A stretch of 64,000 bases of DNA, from positions 62,001-126,000 of the forward strand of contig NW_026935861.1 of the NCBI RefSeq assembly GCF_032062105.1. The letters run 5' to 3'. Under the pieces are notes generated by a model, which saw nothing but the letters and a program-made list of their open reading frames with translations, made no database searches and was not told the DNA's origin. This DNA comes from Saccostrea cucullata. Lineage: Eukaryota. How positions within the stretch are numbered: the stretch's first letter is position 1; every line of letters starts with the position of its first letter. Positions 49,173-63,260 of this stretch are shown here, piece by piece. Made by a program: the position numbers and the translations under genes.

Positions 49173-51229
49173 TCAAAATATATCAAAAGTCACGTCTTTA
49201 GATTGGTTTGTCATTATATCACGAGCGGTCACCCTCAACTCTGTCTCTCCAAAAAAGAGTGTCTCCTCAACCTCAGAGCGGGGAGATTCCGGGGTTTTTC
49301 TGGAAACAGGTACCTGAAGTGTGCCCAACAGTTCACACCCAGGGTCATCGACGAATTTTGGATCTTTCTCACTTGAAATATATACAGCACATTCAAGTCT
49401 GGTGTCGTCATCATGGAGAGGACGAAATATCTGAGACTTAGAAAACCCGAGAGGGATCTGCTGTCCCTTCTGAACGAAGGGAAAAAAGACATCCTTACAC
49501 CGATTCATTCCGCTGACCTCGAATTTCTTCGATTGTGGATGAATGGTCGGTTTAAATTCTGGCCATGTTTGAATGCCATATGTAAACCTTGCCACTCTTC
49601 GAGAAATAGCATCTGGCACGTGACCGAAGTACACGGCTCCCTTGACAACGGCAAGCCCTGCTTCGGTCGGTACAATAACTTTCTTGTTTGGAAAGTTGTC
49701 CATAATTGCCTTTTGAACAAGTTTACACTCGGAAAAACCACCAACCATTAAAATATTACGAACATCTCTCACATTTTCTTCTTCAAATAATTCGTCAACA
49801 TGCTTTACTATGCTTTCAATAGTTTTTTGGAAAAATGTCTTTTTAAAAAAGTTGACATCCCACTTCAATTTTCCCGTAACATATTTCACGTTGTCTTTGT
49901 GAGGTGAACGTTCTATAGCAGAAGGAAAGTCCTTAACTTTTCTGCTTTCTTTGCAGAATTCAACAAAAGACAGGGGTATTCTTACTTGGATCTTCCCCGT
50001 CTTTTCGGGCGAAACGCTACGTTTTGTTACTTCGAATGTTCGTAAAACATCTAAGTAATCCTCCAAACTTTGTTTTTTGTATTTTGACATTGTTCCGTCC
50101 CCGCTTATGTCTTCTAAGAAGCGAATGAAACGATCGTCGACTGATTTTCCTCCCCATGGCCCCCCACTTGCTGGACTTATTTCTTCTAAAGTGTGGTCCT
50201 CACATTTCTTATGTACAGTAATATCAGCAGTACCTCCTAAAAAGGAAACCATTCAATTCAACTAAATCTAGGTTCATAAAGTACGTTGTACTTAGAAACT
50301 GAATGTTCGCTATAACATATTCAAGATTTTTACCCCCTAGATCTGCCACCATATACTTTTGTCCAGAGTTCAGTACACCCAGAGTGGCAGATAATTGTTC
50401 CTCGTCGTTTGTGAGATGTTGGCAGTAAATAGATGCTGCTTCAGGCTCCAGTGCAATTATAAGTCTCTTTTCTATCCCTGCCTACATTCAACACAAAACT
50501 CAGTCAATTAATGGAATAGACAGTGTAACAATAATTTTTTTATTAGAAATTTTTTTTCTTTTAATTTAGGTGGGAAAAGAAGAGAGGTTATTGTTATATT
50601 GTATGTACCTTTGTAGCTGCTTCTCTCATGAAGCGTTTGGCACGATCACCCCAAATGGCAGGTACCGTCAGAACATACTCTATGGCGTCCTCTTCTGTTC
50701 CGGGGACACTTTTCTTAATTTCTTTATATAAATGATCCTTCAGATAACGTATACAATGATTAAACACCTTAATGGCTGGTAGTGATTTTCCTGATTCATC
50801 CTCGCAAAGAATATTCTTATTCACTCCCTGAAAAAAATTATAAAAACGATATGTTGTTTCTCTAAATATATCAGCTATTACATGTAGTTACAAAAAGCAA
50901 AATGAAAGTACGTAGGAATACTATACTGGATCTTTGTGAAGAATCATCTTAAACCGTAGGAAGAAGTAATACTGGTCCTGTTGTTTCTTGGCCGTTAATT
51001 GAGAATATTGGTCTTCTGCATCGTAACCAAAGGCCACAAAGTTCTGACTCGAGTCAAGTAGTAGAGCCGTGGGGGCCTTGTGGGACACCAGTCCCCCTCC
51101 CTGCCAATGGTACGTGTAAGGCTTCTTCCAGTCTTGTGTGAGAGAAAATGCGTAACCAGAGTACGTCGTCCCGAAATCTATGGCCGCCACAAACAGGCTT
51201 TGGCTTTTGCTTCGAATGCTCACATCCAT
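49173..51229 (-). CDS. HSPA12: Heat shock 70 kDa protein 12-like (copy C, intact, 577 aa)
   Basis: Exons 51229-50927, 50827-50609, 50481-50334, 50236-49173 (1734 nt). AAIDFGTTYSGYAFS, VLTVPAIW, ALEPEAASIYC, DLGGGTADITVH, ASGGPWGG, LMVGGFSEC, AVVKGAV.FG, RVARFTYG, FGETEL. Confidence 0.92.
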
Positions 51230-51335
51230 TTTAGTGTCATTCTCGATCTCTTCCCTTTTCTACTTTCGTTTTAACTGTATGCACTAAATTTGTTTATCAA
51301 TAAGAATAGGTAAAATATATATCTAGACCTTTAAC

Positions 51336-53552
51336 GGGTGTTGCTAAAACGCGGAACGGAAAACGGAACGGAACGGAAAACGGAATATATTATTTTGGAT
51401 TAAATCACTTAAAATACACAAATTTATCATAAACGATATATCTTGTACATATTCACCCCCCCCCCCCCACTATTAAATACAAGCTGATATTGTCATGCTC
51501 ATTCTCTTATTTACGAAAATCGCTAACATAGCAGTCACCTAGATTCGAATTTGAAAAGAGGGGAAGGGGGTAAACGAACTTGAAAAGTATTTCACAAGCA
51601 AGAACACAAAAAGAAGACAATTGTTTGATTCGGGAGGGGGATAAAACAAAAAGAAGACAATTTTTTGATTCGGGAGGGGGGATAAGTTCCAACTCCAACA
51701 TCTTTCATTACTTTTTTTTACACTAACTTACTACATTAATTACATTCACAAAAAGTGTGAGGATGTCAACTTGAACGAACATTTCCGTAGTGAAAAGGTT
51801 ATGACTGGGGGAGCAAATATTTGATATCTAGATGAACCATGGAAAGAGAAATAAATTGTAAAAAAAAAATTATTAATATTACCTTTAGGGCAAACCTTTA
51901 CGGCAAGCTCGATTAAACATATTTTGTAAACACTGGTTGCTAACATTTTATTAAGAATATAAAGTTTGTAATATAGAGAATAATACATACCCTTTTCTCG
52001 GTGTCTCGGGCTGATACAGGATGTGATATGGAAAAGGGTGTATGTTTTATTATATTTATTACATACTAGTAATAAAATACAGAACACATTAAGTTGAGAA
52101 AAAAATAAGTAAATAATCATGCACGGACTTCTTAAAATGTACACAGTCTATTGTCTCATACAGTTTCGGTTTGTTTCTGCATGTACTTCTATTTCAAATG
52201 TCCCCGATCTGTAATTTTAAAATAATCTATTATTTATCACTTAGATTATCATTACATTCAAAAAGTTTAAATTAAGAGAATTATGTAACCCCCAAAATAT
52301 GTGTATGATCACAAGTACTGTTTTTTAAGGTTTAATTTACTAGGGGTGTGGTATTGATCCGTATCAGCCCTGCAGGGCTGATAACCTATATCAGCCCCGC
52401 AAATCCATATCAGCCCTGTAGGGCTGATACGGATATTGTGACGTCAGCCATATCGCATATACAAAAACCCTGTATTTATTACTAAGTGTGTAATAAAACT
52501 GCATATTATTCATTTACACTATTGTTACTATTTAATGGAACTACAGTCTATTTCTAATTGTGTAATGTTAGACCTTATCAATCTCTAATTTCCCGCCATT
52601 ATTCCACATGCTTTGTGTGTGCGTATTAATATCATCGTACATTTAATAAATGTCAGCATCCAGTAAACACGTGTGTTTGGAGTGTCTCGTATATTTAAGG
52701 CCTACCCAAGCATTACAGATATGTTTAAATTCTGGATAGACCAAGTTGGAAAACTTTCATTTGGTAGATATAATGCAGAATCTTTGCAGTCAAAGAAGTT
52801 AAAGTTTGTTTGTTTGCGGTACATGTGTGTGTATGTTTGGGGGGGGGGGGGGTATATGAATGACCCCGAAAAAAATGAGTTTGCTTTCCCGCTCATCGGA
52901 AAGGTCTGGGAAGTTGTAATAGGTCTGCCCCCCTTTTTGTGTCCAAAATATACATAAGGTTTAATAAATCATTTTTTAATGTGGCTGTGGGCCCCTACAC
53001 AGACCCGAAACTGCCACTCCCCCATTCATGATTGGCGAATTCGACACTGCGTGCATAATCTGAATATCATAACTAGTTATTTTTGTCTTTACAGACATTG
53101 ACATTGGAAACAAATTGAAAGAGGGGGTGGGGGTAAGTAAAAATATTCGAACATACAACAAATTTGACAAGCAAAATTAAAGGGGGGATATGTCCTTTGC
53201 NNNNNNNNNNNNNNNNNNNNNNNNNNNNNNNNNNNNNNNNNNNNNNNNNNNNNNNNNNNNNNNNNNNNNNNNNNNNNNNNNNNNNNNNNNNNNNNNNNNN
53301 NNNNNNNNNNNNNNNNNNNNNNNNNNNNNNNNNNNNNNNNNNNNNNTACCATTTTTTCCGCGGAGGGTGTGTATGACTCAGAATATATAATAGTTTACAA
53401 TAAATTTTTATTAGAAATGCCTTTTACAACAAGAATATTGCTCTTTTATCTGATTTATATCGAATCTATGTTATTTGTTTGACAAAATTTTTCCGTTTTC
53501 CGTTCCGTTCCGCTTTCAGTTCCGTTTTCCGTTCAGGGTTTTAGCAACACCC
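51336..53552. mobile_element. Non-autonomous Mutator-like (MULE) insertion with 9-bp TSD; contains an assembly gap (N, 53201-53346)
   Basis: TIR GGGTGTTGCTAAAAC..GAACGGAAAACGGAAC; ACCTTTAAC at 51327-51335 and 53553-53561; single-copy empty site at ~39264. Confidence 0.88.
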
Positions 53553-54371
53553 ACCTTTAACTGGTTATGACCCAGAAAAAAATGTGGTACAAAGCCAATA
53601 TTCATATTAGCAATACCAGTCTTTAAGTGTACATATTTCAACATATTGTTCTTTGACTTTATGATAAGTACGTACATTTTATAAATGAAAGAAAACTTGT
53701 ATATGTTTATGGCTAAAAGTGGATTTAATACTACAGTTTCAAAGAGATTCACTGAAAACAACAAACTTTTTCAAACCGAAAGTTGATTAATGATCGATGA
53801 GTTATGGACTTTAAATCTCAATAAGGAACGTATAATGTAAGTATGTGTTGACTTAATATTTATACAGTCATTTTTTCCCGGATGCATATTCAGGACTCCA
53901 TCGATACTCTTTTTTATCTTTATGTTATTAGAGTAATACATTTGGCAGAATATTTTAACCGATTAGCGTACTATATTTCGCTGTGCATTTTGTAACCGAT
54001 AAGTGTATTACATTTGGCTGTGTATTTTGTAACCGAGTAGAGTATTACATTTGGCTGTGTATTTTGTAACCGATTAACTGCTTAGTCAGTAGAAATGTTC
54101 TCTTTTGTAAGTTGAATAATTGCTTTGAAGTACGGTAATTAATATATTGTTGGATGCTATACAGTGTATTTTTATTTAAACAATTACAATTATTAAAAGA
54201 TAACTGGAGAAATAGGAAAAGGATACAGTTCTTCTGAATACGGAGCAATATTCCTTAGCGGCAACAAAATAAAATAAATTCAATAAAAGGTTCTTTGTAT
54301 TTCTTGTACCTTTTAAAAATCAATAGCAGTTGAAAAATTTATCTACTTTAACTATTTTCCAGTTTTTTTAA

Positions 54372-56509
54372 ATGGATCAATCTATCAAGAGTAAAAGTAA
54401 GAAACTGTTTGTGGCAGCCATTGATTTCGGAACGACGTACTCCGGATATGCCTTCTCCATTTCCCAGAACTGGCGCAAACTCATGGCTTGTCATTGGCAG
54501 GGAGGTGGCCTCATCTCTCACAAGGCCCCGACTGCCCTACTTCTCAAGAAGGCTGGGGGATCAGACCCAGTCTTCGAGGCCTTTGGTTATACAGCTGAGG
54601 ATCGGTACGCCACGTTGACGGCAAAAAAGGAACATAAAGACTACCTTTACTTCCAGCGTTTTAAAATGATCCTACATAAAGACTTTGTATGTAATTGCTT
54701 ATATGTATATAACTTTCTCTCGTTTATTTAATATATTTAATGGCATTGATATTTCATTAAAGTTGCAACATGACAGACAATCCTGTTCTCTACCTCCCTG
54801 CCTATGTGTAGTTTAATGTTATTTTCAGGAAGTCAACAAATCCATAGAATGTTCGGATATTACAGGTGAGAAGTTAGAGGCCACTCAAGTTTTCATGCAT
54901 TGTATAAGGTATCTAAAGGACCACTTAATAGATAAAATCAACGAAAAGTTCGCGGGTACCAGTGATAGAGACATTGAGTACGTGTTGACAGTACCAGCAA
55001 TCTGGGGAGACAAAGCCAAGATGTTCATGAGGGAGGCTGCAGTAAAGGTGAATTGAATTTTGGTTAACCTTGCTATGCATTGAATGTACATGTATTTAGA
55101 AATCAGTAATTTTTTGTTTTTATTTTTATTAATATTTTGGAATTGAATGCAGCCTTTTACATTTAACTGACGCAGCTTTATTAAACTTACAGGCTGGAAT
55201 AGAGAAAGACCACCTCATTATGGCTCTAGAGCCCGAGGCAGCATCTATCTATTGTCAACATTTACAGATAGAAAATCTGAGGGACCCTAACGCCAGTGTC
55301 CTAGGGTCAGTCGACAATGGAACCACATACATGGTTGTTGATTTAGGAGGTGTGTATACACTGTAGATGCAGTCTTTACTGGAATCTTCACAAAGAAATG
55401 ATGATTCTTGATTGTTATAAAGGCATAAAAACTCATACTTTATTTTGTTAGGTGGTACTGCAGATATAACAGTTCACAAGAAATGCATTGACAATACATT
55501 GGAGGAAATCATGCCAGCCAGTGGGGGTCCTTGGGGTGGAAAGTCAGTAGACGACAAATTTATTGACTTCCTTTCAGAGTTAGGAGGCAAAAAAGTTCTG
55601 AAACTGTTGAAGGAAACTAATATGGAGGACTATGTAGACATTTTAAGAACCTTTGAAAGGACAAAACGAGCTATAACGCTTGAAAAGAAAGGAAATGTCT
55701 TTGTCCGTATACCACTTTCCTTCATTAACCTGTGCAAAAAAGAGAATAATCTAGATGATTTTAGCCAAGTAATTAAGAAATCGCCCCACAAAGAAAATGT
55801 GAATTACGGTCCAGGTAAGCTAAAAATGACCGCAGATTTTGTCAGGGGGTTCTTCAAGAAAACATCCGATGGCATCGTAAAACATATTGAGGATTTATTT
55901 AACGAGGAAGCCGTCAGAGATGTCAACCACATTCTCATGGTGGGTGGATTCTCTGAATGTAAGCTAATTCAAAAGGCTATAAAAGATAATTTTCCAGAGA
56001 AAAGAGTCATTATCCCAGAAGAGTCTGGGCTTGCTATTTTGTATGGTGCTGTTTACTTTGGACACATCCCAGATGCTATATCTAGAAGAGTAGCAAGGTT
56101 TACCTACGGGATTCAAACTTGGCCTAAATTTGATTCTAAGACACACAGAAAGGAAAAACAAGTTGATATTAAAGGAGAAAAGCGCTGCAAGGATGTTTTC
56201 TTCAGTTTCGTACGAAAAGGTGAACAAATATCCAACAGCTTTTCTAAATCGCAGATCTTTCGACCTCTTCACACAGAGGACGCCATACTTGAGTGCGGAA
56301 TTTTCGTTTCTACAGAAAAGAATCCGGAATATGTAGATGATGCCAGCTGCCGTCGCCTTGGTACGCTACGAGTTTCTCTCCCAAAAGTTTCGGATGCAAC
56401 TCAGCTAGAGATAGAGGAAACGTTCTACTTCGGCGAGACAGAGCTTCGTGTCGTTGCTCGTGACGTCATCAGCAATTTATCCCAGGACATTGTCGTCGAA
56501 CTATTATAA
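54372..56509 (+). CDS. HSPA12: Heat shock 70 kDa protein 12-like (copy D, intact, 582 aa)
   Basis: Exons 54372-54686, 54829-55047, 55193-55349, 55452-56509 (1749 nt); same HSPA12 motifs as copy C. Confidence 0.92.
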
Positions 56510-56814
56510 TAAGACAAATATGTTATATTTTAAGTAATTCATAGCTAGTTTTAGCAGTTTAAAGAAGAGGGTACTTAGTGATGAGGATCTCCGTCCCTCT
56601 GTTACGCTTTATATCCTCAACTCCTCTTATACCGACCTATCGATGAAATTTAATAAAACTTTTACAGAATCTTTGTTCCATACATAGTGTCATTGTGCAC
56701 CTCCTATTTTACTTTTTGATCGGGTTTCCTATAGCTAAACATAGACATGTCCATTTTTTCTATAATATTGAAGGAAATCCATCTTGTATAGCCCTGAAAA
56801 AAATTAAATGATAC

Positions 56815-57150
56815 TTTCATTTTAAGTCATCATTTCTTAAGTTCTGTGGTCGATACAATGACCTGGTTAGCAAATACAATTTATCATTGAGTCAAATGCT
56901 GACTGATGTTTTTCATACGAATTGTTAGTCCATTATTTTTACACTGAATTGACGACGGATTTTTCCCGTTATTTCACAATCATGAAAAGGAGCACACGGG
57001 TGTGACTGGTCAGCAGGGGATGCTCACTCTTCCATGGCACCTGATCCCACCTCTGATGTTTCGGAGGTCCGTGTTTGCTCTTCTCCTATTTTGTATTGTT
57101 TTATGGACTTTGATATTGAATACTGTTCGTTATCTCCATATCCTTCTTTC
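56815..57150 (+). mobile_element. Penelope-like 3' fragment
   Basis: Close match to ~14300-14625. Confidence 0.85.
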
Positions 57151-57329
57151 ATAGATTATTAATTACATAATCCCATTGTACACCTCAAATTTACTTTTTG
57201 CTCTTACACCTATTTAGGCTCTCCCAGAGCAAAACATTGATTTAGCCGTTACATCATATGGGAGAATATAATTTAGTGAGCTCAGTGCTCAAAGTACATC
57301 TAGTTTTTTAGTGTTTGTCTTCCAATCTT

Positions 57330-58135
57330 TTTTTTTTGGGGGGGGGGGTTGGTTCATTGTACCTTGATTTTATGTCTTTTCCAGTGCCGTTGTCCTTACT
57401 TAGGATACTGCAGAGGTAGGTCAAGTCCTTAGTTTCCTCTAATAACTCTCCATTTAATGTGAAAGGTTCTGCTGCTGCATTGATTTTCATTACCTTGGTC
57501 TTCTTGGCATTAATTTAAGCCCAGTTTGTTTGGCAGATGAGTTCAATTCATTAGTCTGTTCTTGTGGGTATATGATGTTTCCTGAAACTTCTGCAAGATT
57601 GTCAACGAAGTCAACTTCTAAGTGACTGGACATTGTCCATTTGATATATCTCTTTTTGTCACGTATAGTGTTTCTTTGGATCAAGTCAATGGCTATAAGG
57701 AAGAGAATTTGTTATATTATGCACTCTTGCCTTCCTCAAGATTTTATGCAGAGTGAATCTGAGACTCCATTTTCCAGAATGATACTTCATTCGAAGTTTG
57801 TGTAGAATGTTTTCATGGCTTTGCAGATCTTTACTGGTATTCTATATGATCCTTCCCTTTTCCAAAGTTTTTGTGTACACTCTCAAAAGCTTTCTGAAAA
57901 TTAACGAGGTTGATGTATAGTGGCATTTCTCATTCTGTACACTTTTCTGTAATGTTACGAATTGCAAAAATTTGGACTATGCGCCCTCTTTCTCTCCTAA
58001 AACCAACTTGTTCCTCTTGCAGTTTCTTTTCAATCACTTTATTCTAATCTATGCAGCAGTGTTTTACAGACCACCTTTCTGGGGACTGAGAGCAGTGTTA
58101 TGCCTCGCCATTTGTCACAAATTTGGAAATTTCCC
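57330..58135 (-). mobile_element. Decayed RTE-type LINE RT fragment
   Basis: Minus-strand remnants NWRGITLLSVP, EEQVGFR..QIFAIRNI, FQKAFESVH, KWTMSSHLEVDFVDNLA, GLKL, DLTYLCSI. Confidence 0.75.
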
Positions 58136-58499
58136 AGGGGTTGCATAGGGTTACATTTTTTTTATTAGATATTAAACTTTTCTTACCGTTATTGGGTGAG
58201 ATTTAGATTGAAAAATGATCATGTAAATTATTTCTATCGTTTTTCTATTTGCCCAAATCTTGTGAAACATCAGTGAACAAAATTGCTGATACTGACACTA
58301 AACAGCAACGAAAATGACTTTAAGTTCTGTTAAGGTAGGACTCTTGTCTGCAATCTGCCTAGACATCGTTGCAAACCACGACCAAAACATACGATCCTCT
58401 CCAAGTCTGGGAAATATTCAAGATTACGACACTTTTTGTGACCAGGCAGCCAAGGGTAGAAGAGAGCGGAATCCGAATGCCTTAAGACGATGCTGACTA

Positions 58500-58990
58500 G
58501 ATGAAACATATGGAGATAACGAATAGTATTCAAGATCAAAAGTCCATTATACAATTCAAAATAGGAGCAGGGCAAACACGAACATCCAAAACAATAGAGG
58601 TGGGGTCAGGTGCCATGGAGGAGTAAGCACCCCATGCCGACCGGTCACACCCGCCGTATGCTCCTTGTCATAATCGGGAAATGACGGGAAATCTGTTGTC
58701 ATTTCAGTGTATAAATAATGGACAAACAATTAGTATGTATTAGTCAGCATTTGACTCAATGATGAATTGTATTTGCTGAAAAGGTCATTGTATCGACCAT
58801 GGAAATGACTTTAAACAAAACAGCTGAAATTTTTGTTTCATAAACTTGTTTATCATTTACTTACATCGTTTTAGAAATTGTTTAAAAAACGTAGAGCATG
58901 CTCTTCCGTGTCGAATCAACTGAGATATATTAACTAAGTATACAAGTGATAAAAGTATATTGTTGCATAAGTAAGGGAAGTTGACAATTC
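58500..58990 (-). mobile_element. Penelope-like 3' fragment (another + copy at ~59535-59690)
   Basis: Reverse-complement match to the 3' module. Confidence 0.8.
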
Positions 58991-61335
58991 TTTTTCACGC
59001 GGGTTTAGGTACTACGTGTTGTATATTGTTGTTATCCTGGTCCGTCTGATCGTCTGTCCCACTATTTTCTTCCTAAAACTCCTCTTACATTTCATGAAGT
59101 TGCCAACTTTTGGTACGTGACTTGGGATGCCACGAACATCATGGAACAAATATAAAAAGATCTTTTAATTATTTTCATTTTCACCTTTGGCCCAGATGGG
59201 AGTAAATAACGGCATTTTTCTATAATAAGTCTGGATCCCTTTACTCCTAACATGTATTTTGCAGTGGCCAACTCATATTTTAGTGTATAATTTTGAGTGC
59301 CCTGTAGATGTGCAATAAAAACAACTTTGATGGTAAAATCGACTTTTTTCTACAGACACTTGGTCCCCCTTACAATTTATGCAATAGCCAGCTCATCTTT
59401 TGAAATATAATTAGTGGTGTCCTGAATATTTAAATTAGTCTTTACTAAAAGAATGGGTAACTTCAGGAGCACTAACGCTGAGAGACTTTTTCTTATTTAT
59501 AGGCCAATATTTATATATATACTGAGTATTTCTCGATAATGACAAGGAGCACACGACCGGTCAGCTGGGGATGCTCACTTCTCCATGGCACTTGAATCCC
59601 CCTCTAATGTTTTGGAGGTCCTGTTTACTCTGCCTATAACTTATATTGATCAATGGACTTTTGAGTTTGAATGCTGTTCTTTCTCCACTGTGACTCCACA
59701 CATTTCATTCATTAAGGTTTTGTATTTTAAATTTTCACTCCGGAGAGGCAAATGTTGGGACAAAAAACACTTCCAAGTTTTCTGAACTCCTTAATTTATC
59801 TTTTTTTCCGCCGTAGCCCGTTATTTGGAAAGTCATGTAGATGTGCAATAAGGTTTCAGAATTTTCATTATCTCAAGGGTGGCGATTGGAAGTTAGAAAA
59901 CGATATACAGATATCTGGTTCATTGAACTTCCCTTCACTGTAAAACAAATGTTGTTCATTCTAGGATGTGTTATCTTTATATTCTTCTTCCGTTAATAAA
60001 TCATATCTCCTCTATCCTTAGTTTTCACTTCCTCCGAATATATCTCTCCGTATCCTTTTTTTCCCTTCCCTTTTATTTTTTTCTCTCTCTCAAGCTAAAG
60101 GTGGCAGTTAAAATTAAACATATTTAAAATAGATTTTGAAGAGGTGATTCCTGGCAAAGAGTAACAAGGAAATCTCAAGGAAATCATATTTTTCAGTAAT
60201 TCATATATATTAGTACATGTTTTTGACCTCAGTTTGCAGTGAAAATTCAATTCAATCCCCATCCTAATTATATGTTATGGACCAGGTAATATAATCAAGA
60301 TCATGAGAAATACTTTCGAACACTTTAGTATAACCTATTAGTTTAAAGAAATCCAGCTAATTTTTTCGAGGGCTAATTGTATTCGGCGCGTCGGCGCGCT
60401 CGCGCAACAGATTTTGTATATAAAATTTATCGCTTATACAATATTTGTCAGCATCGGGCTCGATATTTCACTCGATATTCCTATACTAATCAAAGTACTT
60501 AAAGTACCGATAGGAGTTGATTTTGACGATTTTCAATAAAAATTTAATGTTTGATACTTTGTTCACAACTTTTTCAAATTATGTTCATTTATGCTTCATA
60601 AGAAAGATGTGAGAATTAAATGAAAAAAGATTCTACAGAGTCACAAAGGTAAGGTTGTTTTGATCACCATAACCTTAGAATGATATGCAAAAAAAAGTAA
60701 GACTTTTCCTCTGTTCTATTATTTTCAATAAATTTTAAAGTATTTTTCTGAGAGTATAAAAGGGCTATTAATAGCAAAACCATTTCTGTAACTAAAGTTA
60801 CTCCCCATCCTCTAATAAAGACAAGTTAATCTTTAATAGTACATGTATTATTTTTAAAAGTAACAAGGCATCTTGTTCAAACACTTATACCAATGTATGG
60901 TAGCTTATTGGCATGAAAATCAACAAGTCTTTAAAAGGAGGTTAAACTAATCATTACATACACTCTGTAAACAATATTAAGACTAGTTAAAAAGTAAAGG
61001 AAACAGTTAAGTGAAACTTCACATTCACAATACATGTACCTACATCTGACCCAGGGTAAAATAAATTAAGTTTCTTTGACAGCTAAGAGGATTTTTAAAA
61101 CGGATGTATGAATTCTTTTTTCATTGACGAAAAAGTACTGACATGAATGACAAATGTCGGAGATGAAAACTTTTAAAATATAAAAACTTTAAAATGTCGG
61201 AAATTATAGTTCAGAAAGTTCCGGAAATGAAATGCGGCCTACTAAATAATAATTACTCCGGGACAAGGTAAATGCATGGGGTGCGTATCATTACCGCTAC
61301 ATTTTCAAAATTTTCATTACCGCTACAGTCATTAC

Positions 61336-61745
61336 CGAGGACGGACCTTTTCTGATAACTGCGTTTTACGGTCCGCCCTGTCTATTTTTCTAGTTTTCAA
61401 GCTACAAAAATAAACCCTGTCCAAAAATTTCCCTTTATGACATGAATATATCTGAAATACAGAGGGCGGACCTTTTCTGATAACTGCGTTTTAAGGTCCG
61501 CCCTGTCTCTTTCTCTAGTTTTTTTAAGCTACGAAAATAAACCCTGTCCAAAAATTTCCCTTTTGTAACTAAAAATATCTGAAATACAGAGGGCGGACCT
61601 TTTCTGATAACTGCGTTTTAAGGTCCGCCCTGTCTCTTTCTCTAGTTTTTTAAGCTACGAAAATAAATCTGTCCAAAAATGTCCCTTTATAACATAAAAA
61701 TATCTGAAATACAGAGGGCAGACCTTAATTATATTATACTGCGTT
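61336..61745. repeat. ~125-bp tandem repeat; complete units carry a GC-rich hairpin
   Basis: AGGGCGGACCTT-TTCTGATAACTGCGTTTT-AAGGTCCGCCCT recurring near 61338, 61462, 61590 and partially 61714. Confidence 0.8.
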
Positions 61746-61853
61746 TAAAAACTTTTAAAGTCATATAAGGCTTTTTTTTATTTATAAGTTTAGACTAAAA
61801 ATATGAAAAAGATCTTTCTATTTGTTTTGGTACTTTATATAACACTGTAAAGA

Positions 61854-62390
61854 TAGGACTGCTGCATTTCATTTCCGGAAATCGGCACGGTATTTCCGCC
61901 TTTTCTTTATTTCATTTCCGACAATTCGTCTTTTCTTTTCCGACATTTATTTCTTTTCATTTCTGGAATTTTTGCAACGTACCTCTCCGGCAATTTAATG
62001 TTTACCAGGTACATGTATGTAGAAATGGAATTTTGAAAGAATTTATTATACACAACATTTTTAATATAAAAGTTCTGTATACATGTATATACATGTACAT
62101 CTGTACATGAAGCACTAAGTCTAGTTGACAGAGTTTATTGAACATGCAATTTTTTTTTTTATCGTATTTAATGTTCACTAAATTAAATGTCAAAGACTGC
62201 GCCGAACATTGATTTACTCAACAGTCTATGATTTATTCTTTAAAATTTTTCATTACCGGAAAGCACTTCCTGAAAAATGTAGGAGATGAACACTTTAGAA
62301 TGTCGGAAATGAAAGCTTAAAATGCCGGAAATAAAAAGTTTAAAATTTCAATAACAACAAAAGAAAAATTCGAAATGGAATGCAGACTGA
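61854..62390. mobile_element. MITE with TTTCCGACA/TGTCGGAAA subterminal repeats (another end at ~61140-61242)
   Basis: TGCATTTCATTTCCGG at the left end, AAATGGAATGCAG at the right; the repeats switch orientation across the element. Confidence 0.55.
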
Positions 62391-63225
62391 AACATTTAAT
62401 GAAAATCAAACAATTTAAATCAATCGCGTTTCATAGATATCCGAGATTTAAAACAATGGCCGATTCTTATCGACTAGGAATTTAAATTAATATCAGACAC
62501 AGTTTTAATTCAATTAGTTTGAATTTAACTAATAGAAACGTGGGGATATTTAAGTTCAATATCGGTGAAAATTTTAATTTGAACATAAAAACCAAATCTC
62601 ATGTAAATCTACGCTTAATCTTGTATTTTTAATTTTTAGCTCAGATACGCCATATTTAGCTTTATAAAGGTTATACATGTATGGTTATAATTATTATAAA
62701 CGTCGCAGTTTTGAAGTATACGCCTGAATATTTGGTTCCTTGGTATAATTTTTTTTAAATTAAGAAAATAAGATCTGTTGATATGTAAAGCTAACACATG
62801 ACCATTAGGTTCACCGATCATTCAATGACAGCGCCATCTGCCGCGGGCTCTACCTGTGGGTACCTGTCAGGTAAACAAATACGTCACACACCCATTGTTT
62901 TATTAGCTATACACACCGACAGATTTCACACCTTTAATCGTACTAATTTACAAAAAGCAAATTCTAAGAAAAAACAAACACTTGCAAAATAATTGTGGCA
63001 TGATTTTTAAAGAAATCATGACCCTTGACGGCACTGCTCAAAGCACACTATACGAGTAGATTCTTGTCTATCTAGAGATACATGTATGTTGTACAAAAAA
63101 TAAAACACAACAGGGTTAATCCTTCTTTAATCATATAGTATAAACAAACTACCCGGTAGCCTTAATTTCATATGTTAAAGTCAAAATTAAAACATTTTGC
63201 ACCACCCGGACCTTAAAACGCAGGG

Positions 63226-63260
<35 letters not shown>

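Noticed and set aside
53201-53346. ORFs with X runs
   Set aside because: Assembly gap of Ns.
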